NCBI GenBank assembly: GCA_043228905.1
Contig: JBHGNT010000007.1
Span: 17,174,001-17,238,000 of the forward strand
Reading direction: 5' to 3'
Origin: Azolla caroliniana
Lineage: Eukaryota; Plantae; Polypodiophyta
DNA: 64,000 nucleotides
Below the pieces are notes generated by a model. That model was not told the DNA's origin and did not search any database. It worked only from the letters and a program-made list of their open reading frames with translations. Shown one piece after another: positions 31,148-42,800 of the stretch. Position 1 is the stretch's first letter, and each line of letters opens with the position of its first letter. The translations under genes were made by a program, and so were the position numbers.

Positions 31148-33812
31148 ATGGAGAGCACAATGCATCATGGTGTCTTCGCCATGTCGAAAGATGAATCGGA
31201 AGATACGTCATGGTCATCCAATGCATCGTTTGTATCTAAGGACGAATTGGAGATTCCTTTTGAGTCATCAGAAATCGATCGTGAGGATGAGGCGGTCGAT
31301 CCCTTCATGTATTGTTCCCCCAGGTATTTTGCATTTTCAAGAGGTACGTATAATTTGATGATTAAAGATTTATTGGGACAAGTTAAGGTAACATTGGAAG
31401 CATTACGTGATGTCGCGAGGGGAGCACCTCTTTCACTTCATGCATGGAGGCGCATGAAGAGTCGTCTCATACTCGGGAATGAGAGTGCAATTTACCTTAA
31501 AGCATCACCTAATCTTCAAGTATTAGCATCACATGGTGACACATCCCATCACATGTTTTCAAAGACTCTTAAAGAGTTAAAGCTAGTTTATGTGACTGAT
31601 ATACGTGATTATGGCATCCCACCGAAGTACGTGAAAGCACTCATTACAAGTTGTGGTTGCCAAATGGTATCGAAGGTCAACCCGATAAAAGGTTTGGGAT
31701 CAAGCATGGCCAAATATAACAAGACCCTACCCATAGAAGTGATCAAGGTAGAAACCCACCAGTTAGATTATGTGCTCACAAATTTGCAAACCAAGTACCA
31801 CACACGTTTAAGGAAAGGAGTCAAGAAGGGTATGCGTGTGACTAGGTATAGTTGCCATCGTGTGGGGACATCTCGACTTGCATCTAATTCCACTCGACGA
31901 CGCAGGTGCACACCCCGATGTGGGTGCACATTCCATGTGGACGTTAGAATGAAGACGGTGTTGACAATGAGACACTTACCATTTCAATATATGGACCTCA
32001 TAGTGTTCATGTACCATGTAGTAGGTCGGATGTGTACCATTTCCCAGTACACCCCAATGGCATAAGTTGTTGCAAAGATGACCTATTTGATGTTGGGTGT
32101 GCAAGGCATGTGGCACGAATGAGCATGCGTAAGGAAGCATATCATAAGTCCAAGGCTAGTCCATTAGAGCTTGTTAGTTATCGGTTCTTTATGATACCAA
32201 AGGAGGTCCATAACATGGCAAATAGGTTAAAATTTAGGAGTGCCATGACTAAGGTTGATTGGGCTTTGATGATGCAAGATGCCTATGCACTTCGAGATCT
32301 TGGGAAAGTGGCTCATGTTAAACCCTACCTACTTGGTGAACCAGGATCTCCCGCCAAACAACCATTTATCTTGATACTTCAAGATCAATGGATATTGGAA
32401 ATGTGTGAGCGGTTGACCCTAAACAACTCTTGGGCAATCGACTCGACATTTAAAACAAACCAATTCAGGCTACCATTATATGCAGCAATTGCCCCCAACG
32501 CCATGGGAATTGGGATCCCATTATGGTACATGCTTTGTAGTTCTAATAAGGGGTCAAACCATGAGCAAGTGGCATTAGAAACTTGTTTGAGAGTCATATT
32601 CACAAGGATGCCCACGGTGAGGCCAAATGCGATAGTGATCGATAAATGTTGGACATCATATAATGCCATAACTAATGTGGTTGCAACAGACCGTCAATCT
32701 TGGATTGTTGTAAATGGGCAACGGTCCCAAACACATTGTCGACTTTTGTTGTGTCAGTTTAACGCCAAAAAGTCATGGGTGGACAACTTGTTGCCAAAAG
32801 TAAGTGCAACTCAGAGAAGCCATCTTTATCAACGAATGTGCCAATTGATGCAATGCATTATTGAATCCACATTCAATGCGATGTGTGAGGAGTTAAAGGT
32901 AGAATATGCAGACAAGCCTGGTGTTTGGCAATATATACAAGGAGGATGGTGTGGTCAGACATGTGTGTGGAGGAAACTCTGGCCCAAGTTTGGTAGAATG
33001 TTCAACTATGGACACGTTGACACTACCAATATTGTGGAAAGACATTGGCAGTTTATCAAGTATACTACCTTGAGAGGAAGAATAAACCGATCAATTACCG
33101 ACCTTCTACATGTCTTAATCGGGGACAGTGAAACTGGCACTTGCATAGGAGTAACGGTGATAGAGTGGTACAAGCAACGACAAGAAATATGTGAGAGTGG
33201 TCGGTTTTCACCCCGTGCAAATTGTAGGGATCAAAGGTCCCGACTTAAAGAAGCGGAGAGAATATTGGAAAGGTATGTCGACGATACTTCCACAATGGAA
33301 ATTGTCGACGAGGCCCGATATTGGTTTAGAATCTTGAGCATGACGACTCCCACTCTATGGTATAATGTCTCACTCCAATGTTCATATTGTGATTGCCAAG
33401 ACATTGCGAGTAAATGTAAGCATTTACTCGGTATCCGAATGATTATTGAGAGGCATATGCCACATTTATGTGGCTCATTGCCTTTTATAGATCATGCGAC
33501 CCAAATGCGAATGGACCATAATACAGAAATAGAACTAGAGGCAGAGGTAGAACGGGTCAAGGAGACAAACCCCACAACATCCGAGATTGAATCATTCAAG
33601 TCCAAAATACAAACGGTCGTGAAAGCACTTCAATGTCTCGAGCAAGGGTTAGGAACCTTCGACCGTGCAACTATTGTTGAAGGTATACAAACATTGGAAG
33701 ATGTGGCTGAGAAGGTGTATCACGTTGGTGCACCAAAATCAACCAATGAAGAAGATGGTAGATCAATAAGTCGCAACCAACAAATCGGTGCTAAAAGAAG
33801 TGCAACAATAGA
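31148..33812 (+). pseudogene. MULE transposase with SWIM zinc finger; one frameshift (~31950), 3' truncated
   Basis: RYSCHR...RCGCTFHV zinc module; AIDSTFKTN, IVIDK and TTNIVERHW DDE triad; CxxH altered to CQFN; SWIM CDCQDIASKCKH. Frame 2 is open from 32032 to 33993. Confidence 0.9.
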
Positions 33813-33870
33813 CCTGTGTGTGTGTGAGAAGAAGAGTTTCCTGAACCTTTGGAAGTGGAATTGGATAGCT

Positions 33871-36800
33871 ATGGCCTCCTCCAGGTTCTCCCTTCTTCAC
33901 CTGCCACTGCCCTTCCTAACCCTACTTTTCTCTATGCTGTCCTACTCTTTTTTTCTGAGATCCTTAAACCTCGAATTTGCAGAGTTCCTTTGATGATTCT
34001 TCCATTTTGTTTTGCAGCGTCTGGAATAGAGACACTCTTGCTGTCGTTACTGGCGCCAATAAAGGGATAGGATTAGAGATTGTGAAGCAAATGTCATTGA
34101 AAGGATTAACCGTTGTTCTCACTGCTCGTGATCGACAAAAAGGTTTGGATGCACTTTCGAAGGTTCGATCAGAACTTGGATTATCATCAGAAAACCTGAT
34201 CTTCCATCCCCTCGACGTTTGTAGCTCTGACTCGGTATCAAATTTCTCAGCTTGGATCAATGAGAAGTATAGAGGACTAGATATACTGGTAGGTGTTGCC
34301 CAATTTTCCATTTTTGTTTTGTTTTCTTGTTGAAAAGAGAAGAAATGGATGAGAGTAAGAAATAATGTAAGGCAAATCTAATCACATGAAGATGGGAGAG
34401 TCTAGAGATCAAATTTATGAAAATGTAAAGTATGTTTTGAAGTTCTAGTCTAAAGTTATAGAGGTCCACGTATCTTGGTAAGTTCAAATTGATATGAATT
34501 GATGAAATGGGATTAGATGTTTATGCCATTGTATTTCTTTGTTTGAGAGAAGATCAAATAGATGGGGAAGTTGTGATTAGAGGAGTGGATATCTTGTTAA
34601 CTTGTTTTTTCCATTCCCTTTTCCTGTTTAAATAAACAATTGATGATATCTTTCCATATATTCTGGTCTCTGCCTGAACCCAGTGTATGATATGCATTGG
34701 AACTGATGTATGTAGAAACTGACGCACTTTCCCATGAGTCATGACTATTACTACCTGCGGACATGCTGCTTAAAGGCCCATGTTGAGGCAGAGAGGTGTG
34801 AGATTATGATGATATATTAATGTCCACTGGGAAGAAGATACCAAAATCCACGCTAACAGCAATCATTAAGAAGCACTCACTCCAGCTTTGAAGATGGGGG
34901 ATTGCAAAATGGTAGAACAAAAAGCTGACATGAAAAACTAAGCTTGCTTCCTAAATCCGCTACTGGATTTTCACAAGTGTTGCTGGTACCAAAAATCATT
35001 ATGAAGCACTCTCTCCAGCTGTATAGGTTGGGGATTGCAAAATTGTAGAAATGAAAAACTAAGTTTGTTCCCTAGTTCCACTATTTTGATCTTCCACGAG
35101 TTCGGTTATGTTGTGAAGTAAACAGCGATGAGTATTCCTAATGGCAGCAGTGATGTTCCCACCCTTGTTAGGAGCTGTTTGAAGTACATATTTGAAGGAA
35201 GGATATTTAAGGTTCAGAAGGGGCCCTACATGACACCTGTGGGAGCAAAAATTATTGCAAAGCACTCTGGTTCATTGTGTAGGTGAGGATTTTAGAATAG
35301 TAGACCAAAAAGAAGTAAAAGCAGAAATGAAAAACCAAGTTTGTTTCAGAGTTTTACTGTTTGTATGTTCCATGTATTTGGTTTTGTGGTTGAGAAAATG
35401 AGTAAAGAGCATGCCTAGCACTGTCAGCTATTGTTTCATCCTTGTTAGTAGTTCTTGAGAGCGAGTACAATGTTTTAAGAATCCAAAGTAATATGTCCTG
35501 TTTTCGGTATGTTGAGACAATATAGACTGAATATTCTCCATTGGATATATCATGTCACAAAGAGAGAGGGAGAGAGTTTGGTTTGCAACATTTAATGGTT
35601 TCATTATCTTCTTATCTACAGTTGGATATAACATATATTGGTAGGGCCAATAATGCCCATAATGAAAGGCTGTAGGTTATTGCTCCATCCTTGTTTTTAT
35701 GTATCTTGTATAGGTAAATATTTTTTTCAGCTACCTTTGTATTTTGCAATGATAACCTATAATTATTAAATTTATGTCTTCTGAAGTACACGACCACTTG
35801 GTGTAGGTGAATAATGCTGGAGTTTTGAATAACGGTTCTACCTATGAGAATGCAAAGCTGGTTATGGAGACAAACTACCATGGAGTGAAGCGAGTAACCA
35901 AAGCATTGTTGCCTTACATGAGAGCATCGTCAATGGGAAGCCGAATTATAAATGTTAGTTCTGAACTCGGTCAACTCCAGGTAAATCTATTTCGATGTCT
36001 TCAAGTTTACCATCGATCATACTTTATACTCATGATTTATAGATTTCATTTTGAGGTAAATGGAAGGCCTTCCATTTTGTTAAGTTAATGAATGAAAGGC
36101 CTTCAGTTTTACTTATTTTAAAGTCATGTTTGGCATCTTGTTTGTTCATGGAAATGGTTATTTTTATAGAAGGCCTTTCATTTTGTTAACTGATTGAATG
36201 AAAGGCCTCCGGTTTTAATTATTTTAAAGTCATGTTTGGCATCTTGTTTGTTTATGGAAATGGTTGTGTCACTGCATATAGCATTCCCTTCTCTGAAATG
36301 AATTAAGGGAAATTTTATTTTTTATGAAATTTTGTTTTTAAACAGAAATTTAGACATCACTTTACTCTTGAAAACAGTTTTGGAGCTATTAAAGATTATG
36401 GTAACATAGTTACATGAAGCGCCATTTTACATTCTTGTGATGTCTAGAAACAATGGGATCCGTCTCATCATATTTTTTTGGGTTAATTTCTTGTTCTCTT
36501 TTATGTTCATCTCTGTAATTTTGTCTTTCCAAATGGTTTCTTTGATGCCTTTGTCCTATGTAATTCTTTGGCAAGTGAGGTCATATGCTTTTTAACCTAA
36601 GGACCTGTCCTTAAACAGTGATTAAATTTCACACTTTTTTTTACTCACAGTTACTGAATTTCACATCCAGGAAGCTAAAATTGCTCCTCAACAAAGATTT
36701 TGGCACCTGTTGGCCGCAATGACTGGCATCCCTTTTCGTATTTCGTTCATTGATTTGATAGGGCAATAAGACAAAGGTCAAATACTAGAAACTCAGCCTT

Positions 36801-39800
36801 GACTATAGCCTATTTCAATATTAAATGCATGTACAGATAGAACATCTAAAGTATTGTCTATTGAGAAGACTAGCAAAGAGAGAAAGTCAGATATGATTCT
36901 TGCGGATTATTCTCTAACACAACTCTTCCTTCTCTCTAGAATTAAACTTCGAGTTTTCATCAAAAGATAGTTCTGTTTAAATCAAGCAAGTTTTTCTCAT
37001 GTTGCAAAGTTTCAACTCCTCAAAAATACTATCTTAGCCCTCTCAATTATCTGCTCATTTAACAACCTTTTAGGACCTTACTGAAAGTGACTTTATAATC
37101 CAATGCTACTAAGACAAACCACGGCTAATCCTGGGGCCTGCTCGCAATTGGTCCTCCGTCTATGGACCATTTGCTTTTCCTTGTTTGACATTGTTGAGGA
37201 GCAAGAAAAGTAGCAATGAAAATAAAAATAACAATATTATGAAATGATATTATAAAAGAAAGAGGAAACATTTATTTCTTTTGATGACGTTGATTGACGT
37301 CAGTTTAAAATGGTAGCACATTTAAGATGGGACGTTTGCTTTTTATATACAGTGGTTAAAGACGTTGCTGGACACATATTCCTTAAGCCCAATTGCTAAA
37401 ACTTGGGCATTGAAAATTCGTAATTTATATCATCCTTTCAGCAAGTGTTAGCTAAAGTAGCTAAAGGTTTAATTCTCCCCCCATCATATAAGGTGCTATT
37501 TGACTCCCTTAGGTATTGGGTGTGGTACAATTGGATTGTTGGGATGGGAATAAAGGGCCATCATGCCTTTTATTAGTGCACGAGTGTGAACGCACTCATA
37601 GCACATTTTTTACTTGTATATACATAGTATCTAAAAACCAAAAAAGTGGTACACTCTTTGTACCCAAGACAGCGTGCATCTCTCTCTCTCTCCTTTGTCT
37701 CTCACTTAGACTCTCTCCCTCTCTAGTTGACCTAAACCCTAATCCTCGTGCTGCCCTTCAAACTGGTATCAGAGCAGGGTTTAGGGTTTTCTGCAAAGCA
37801 AGTCATGTTTTATCTGTAGAGCAGGTCTTTTATTTTTCTGTAGAGAAGATCACGTTTTTCTGCAGAATAGGTCTTTTTTTTTCTATAGAGCAGGTCACAT
37901 TTTCTGTAGAGCAAGTCCCTTTTCTACAAAGCAAGTTTGGTCCTCCGTTTGGGCTAAGAAATCATGACTAGCAGCAGTGACAGTAGCCACCTTATGCACA
38001 TCAAGAAGCTTGAGGGTGCACATAACTTTGCGGTATGGAAAAAGCAGTGCTATAACATCCTGTTGCAGAAGAAGCATGCAAAGCCTATTAAAGTCAAAGG
38101 GGTAAAGCCTACAGATATAGACCAAGATGATTGGCAAGAGTTGAATGAGTTTGCACGCTCGACTATTGAGTTGTCAATTTTTGATGCCTTGTTGTTTAAT
38201 ATTGAAGGTTTGGACTTTGCCTATTCTATATGGACTAGACTAGAGGAACTATATGCCTAGAAGACGGCAGCTAGCAAAGTTTATTGGCTTAAGAAACTTA
38301 TGGATTTGCACATGACAGAGGGCACACCCATGTCCACTCACCAGTGAGTTCGATTCCATTTTCAGCCAGCTGGTTGCCTTGAAATTCATCATTGATTATG
38401 AGTTTAAGGCCACGTTTTTACTTTGGAGAGTTCTCTACTCATAGAAGAGATGAGTGGGCAAAACAATGCATCCAATAAGTCCTCTAGTGCGTTGCATACG
38501 AGGGGAGGGGTAGGTCACAACAGAGAGGCAAATCTGATAGTTATGGCCGTAGTAAATCACGTGGTAAAAATGTAGAATGCCATCACTGTGGCAAAAAGGC
38601 TCACTTTAAACGTGATTGTTTCAAATGGAAGAAAGAGAAAGGAAAGGGCAAGAAGATAGATGATTGCATAGAAGAAAAGAGAGACATTCAACTGAGGAAA
38701 GGCAATACTAAAATTGAAGAGGTGAATGTAGTCACTCATGACAGTGATAGTGGAAATGATGTACACTTTGTCTCTTCATGCCATAGAGAACATGCTTTAC
38801 TTGCAGATACAAATGGTGACATGCACACTTGGATACTCGATTCCGGTGCTTCTTTTCACGTCACCCCTCATTGTGAATGGTTTTCAGATTACACAGGGGG
38901 TCAACATGGTGTTGTCCATCTTGGGGACAACTATGCATGTTTCTACTTTTACACTTCAGCATGTACAGCATGTACCTCAGCTCAAGAAGAGCTTGATTAG
39001 CATAGGACAGCTAGATGACGATGGATTTCACACCACCTTTGGTGATGGGAAATGGAAGATTTGTAAGGGATCTAGAGTTATTGCCAAGGGTAGTAAAAGT
39101 GATACTTTGTATCCTCTCCATGTATCTAGTGTGAGTGACGATGTTGTTGCCACAACTGAGCAGCCAAGTGTTTCTTTGGGACACATGAGTGAAACTGGTA
39201 TGAAAGTACTTTCTCGTTTGGGTTACTTGCCATGTCTTCGTTATGCTGATTTTGAGTATTGTGATCATTGTATGTACAAACATGTACAAACATCACATAA
39301 AAAGTCTCTTTCGCTCAAATCTTCCCTGCTTGAGTTAGTACATTCAGATGTATGTCTGATGCCAGGGCTATCATTAGAGGGAAAGAAATACTTAGTCACT
39401 TTTGTCGATGATGCTACACGGAAGTTATGGGTTTACCTTATTCGTAGCAAGGATGAAGTGTTCGACAAGTTTTGAACATGCTTGGCATTAGTTAAGAATC
39501 AAATTGATAAGACACTTAAGTGTCTCCGCTTTGACAATGGTGGGGAATATGTGTCCAAGGCTTTTCAAGCATTTTGTGACAGCAAAGGGATAAAGAGGTA
39601 ACTCACTGCCCCTTATAATCCACCCCAAAATGGAGTTGCAGAGTGTATGAATCGGACTATTCAAGATAAGGTTCGTACTATGCTGTCTCATGCTGCGTTA
39701 CCCCATGGTTTTTGGGAAGAGGCTGTTATAACAGCTGTTCACTTGATTAATCAGTCACCTAACAGGTCTTTGGGAGGGGGAATACCCCAAGAAGCGTGGT

Positions 39801-42800
39801 CGGGCAAGCCACCTTCATATGCTCACTTGAGAGCGTTTGGCTGTGAGGCTTTTGTGCACATTCGTAAAGAAGAACGCAACAAACTTGAGCCAAATTCCTG
39901 CAAATGTATTTTCCTAGGATACGGTGACGAGGGTGAAATGGGGTATAGATTGTGGGATCCCGAGAGACGAAAAATAGTAGTCAGCAATGATTTTATCTTC
40001 CGGGAAAATCGCATGCATAAACAACCCGAAAAGACTGAGGAAGTACGTAGGGTTTTATTCCGAGAAGAAATACCTTTTAGACAGGGAAATGTGCCCGCTG
40101 TACAGCAGGAAACACCTGCTGTAAACTTACCTGCAAATACAGAAAATGAGGTTGGAAATGATCAACCAGCCTTTGCCAATAATGGAACGGCTAGAACAAC
40201 AAGCTGTTAATGCTGATTTGCAGGCTGAAATGCCTGGACAGCAAGTTGAAAATGATGATTTGCAGGCTCATTAGCTACCAAACAATGAGCATTGGGTTAG
40301 GAGATCGTCTAGAGTTACTAGACAGCCAGACAGATTTGTTCCTGATGCAAACAGTGTGGCTGATTATGTCATGGTGATTGATTGTGGCGAACCGTCTTGC
40401 TTCAAGGAAGCAATGGACAGATGACAATAAGAAATGGTATAAAGCCATGTTGTCAGAGATGGAATCTCTTGAGAAAAATGACACTTGGGATTTGGAATCT
40501 CTTGAGAAAAATGACACTTCCATGCAAATGGGTTTATAAAATGAAGGTCATTTCTGACTCCTCGCCAAATTACAAAGCAAGATTGGTTGCAAAAGGATAC
40601 AGCAGGAATATGGAGTTGATTTTGATGAGATCTTCTCTCCTGTAGTTATGATCACTACATTAAGAACCATTTTGGGCCTAGTTACAGTTGAAGATATGGA
40701 CCTCGTACAGATGGATGTGAAGACTGCCTTTTTACATGGCGATCTCCATGAAGACATATATATGCAGCAGCCTGAAGGTTTTGTGGCTAAAGGCAAAGAG
40801 AAGATGGTTTGTAAGCTCAAAAGGAGTTTGTAGGGGTTGAAACAAGCACCAAGCGAATGGTATCATAAATTTGATACATTTATGCAGTCTCAAGGTTTTC
40901 GTAGAAGTCAAGTGGACCACTGCTTGGTCACCAAGAAGGCAGGAGATGGCAGCCTGATTATCTTGGTTTTGTATGTTGATGATATGTTGATTTCTGGCAA
41001 GGATGTTCATGCCTTCATGGCAGCTTTGATATGAAGGATCTTGGTGATGCAAATCACATCCTTGGCATGTGAATACTCCGAAACCGGTCGAAAGGGGTAC
41101 TCTTTCTATCTCAGCAGGAGTATATCTCTATGGTTTTGCAGTGTTTCAATATGGCAGGGGGGAAAACAATTGGGGTTCCATTGCCTCCATATTTGAAACT
41201 CAGTGCAGAAGACAACCCTACATCTGATGATGAGAAGGCTGAAATGGCTAAGGTTCCATATGCTTCAGCTGTTGGCTGTTTGATATCTGCGATGGTTGGT
41301 ACACGCCGTCATATTGCTTTTGCAGTGGGAGTGGTTAGTAGGTACATGGCAAATCCAGGCAAAAAGCATTGGGAAGTGGTGAAAGGCATTATGAGATACG
41401 TCAAAGGCACAAAGGACTTGTGCATTTGCTTTGGAAAGCAAAAGACATCTGTCGTTGGTTTTACGGATTCGGACTATACTGGTCACGCAGACTGCAGAAA
41501 GTCTACTTCTGGGTATGTGTTTACTTTCACAGGAGGAGAGCGGTCTTTTGGGTCTCCAGGCTACATAATTGTGTTGCATTGTCTACTACAGAGGCATAGT
41601 ATGTTGCTGCCACTGAGGCATGCAAAGAGGGTTTATGGCTTTCGGTCTTTTGGGTCTCCAGGCTACATAATTGTGTTGCATTGTCTACTACAGAGGCATA
41701 GTATGTTGCTGCCACTGAGGCATGCAAAGAGGGTTTATGGCTTTCATATCTAGTGAGAGATCTTGGCATTACAGAGTTACCTATTCTTCATTGTGACAGC
41801 CAGAGTGCTATCATGCTAGCTCGGAATCCCATCTTTCATGTAAAGACGAAGCACATACTGGTGAAGTATCACTTCATCAGAGATGTACTTGACAGCAAGA
41901 ATATTGAGCTTGTCAAAGTACATACAAATGATAATCCTGCAGATCTTCTCACGAAGGGTCTTCCAGCTGAGCGATTTGCTCATTGCCGACAGATGATGGG
42001 AGTTGGATAGATGTATGTAGTTCAGCTTTGTACATACTTGGACTTAGCTGACATTTTTTTTTTCTCATGGCACATTGCGTTTAGGTGGGAGGTTGTTGGG
42101 AATAAAGGGCCATCATGCCTTTTATTAGTGCACAAGTGTGAACGCACTCATAGCACATTTTTGACTTGTATATACATAATATCTAAAAACCAAAAAAGTG
42201 GTACACTATTTGTACCCAAGACAACGTGCATCTCTCTCTCTCTCTCCCTTTGTCTCTCATTTTTTTTTTTTTTTTTACTTTCGATGAATGGGTAAATATC
42301 CCATTTTTTGTTGTAAACCATTTGTCTCTTGGGCCAATTTTGGCCTTATCTTTCTTTCTTTCTTTCTCACTCAGACTCTCTCCCTCTCTGGTTGACTAAA
42401 CCCTAATCCTCGTGCTGCCCTTCATGGATTCTGAGAAAGGGGTTATTGTTTGGTCTCCACATAGCATTACGCCAAGTGCATAAAGCTGTTCGTATTTCTC
42501 ACAATAAAACCGCAGCCACCTTGTCATCATAAAAGTTACCTTTATGCGGGTAACAATCGCCAACGGCTCGGTTTGAACTGAACCGAACCGTGAAACTGTG
42601 GCTGAACAGTTTAAACGGTTCGGTTAGGTTTAGATTTAGGTTTTTGTAAACGGTTTGAGCTTTTATTAGTTTAACAGTTTCCGGTTTCAACGGCATTTTA
42701 AGCTTAGATTTGATATTTTAAGAAAATCTTTAAATTTTGAACAATTAAGATTTGAAATATCGAGAAATTTAATATTTTAAAATTAAAATGTGAATTTTTT

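Larger units (their letters stand above)
26074..33812 (+). mobile_element. Right-truncated autonomous-type MULE (element C) with captured gene fragment, Ulp1-like gene and transposase
   Basis: Diverged TIR at 26074-26205, inverted relative to 25870-26005, followed by protease and transposase coding regions. No right TIR before the SDR gene. Confidence 0.7.

Noticed and set aside
34830-36265. Short duplications in SDR introns (also 43230-43490) and the 3' UTR (45880-46085)
   Set aside because: Two-copy local tandem duplications of ~90-180 bp with no further structure.
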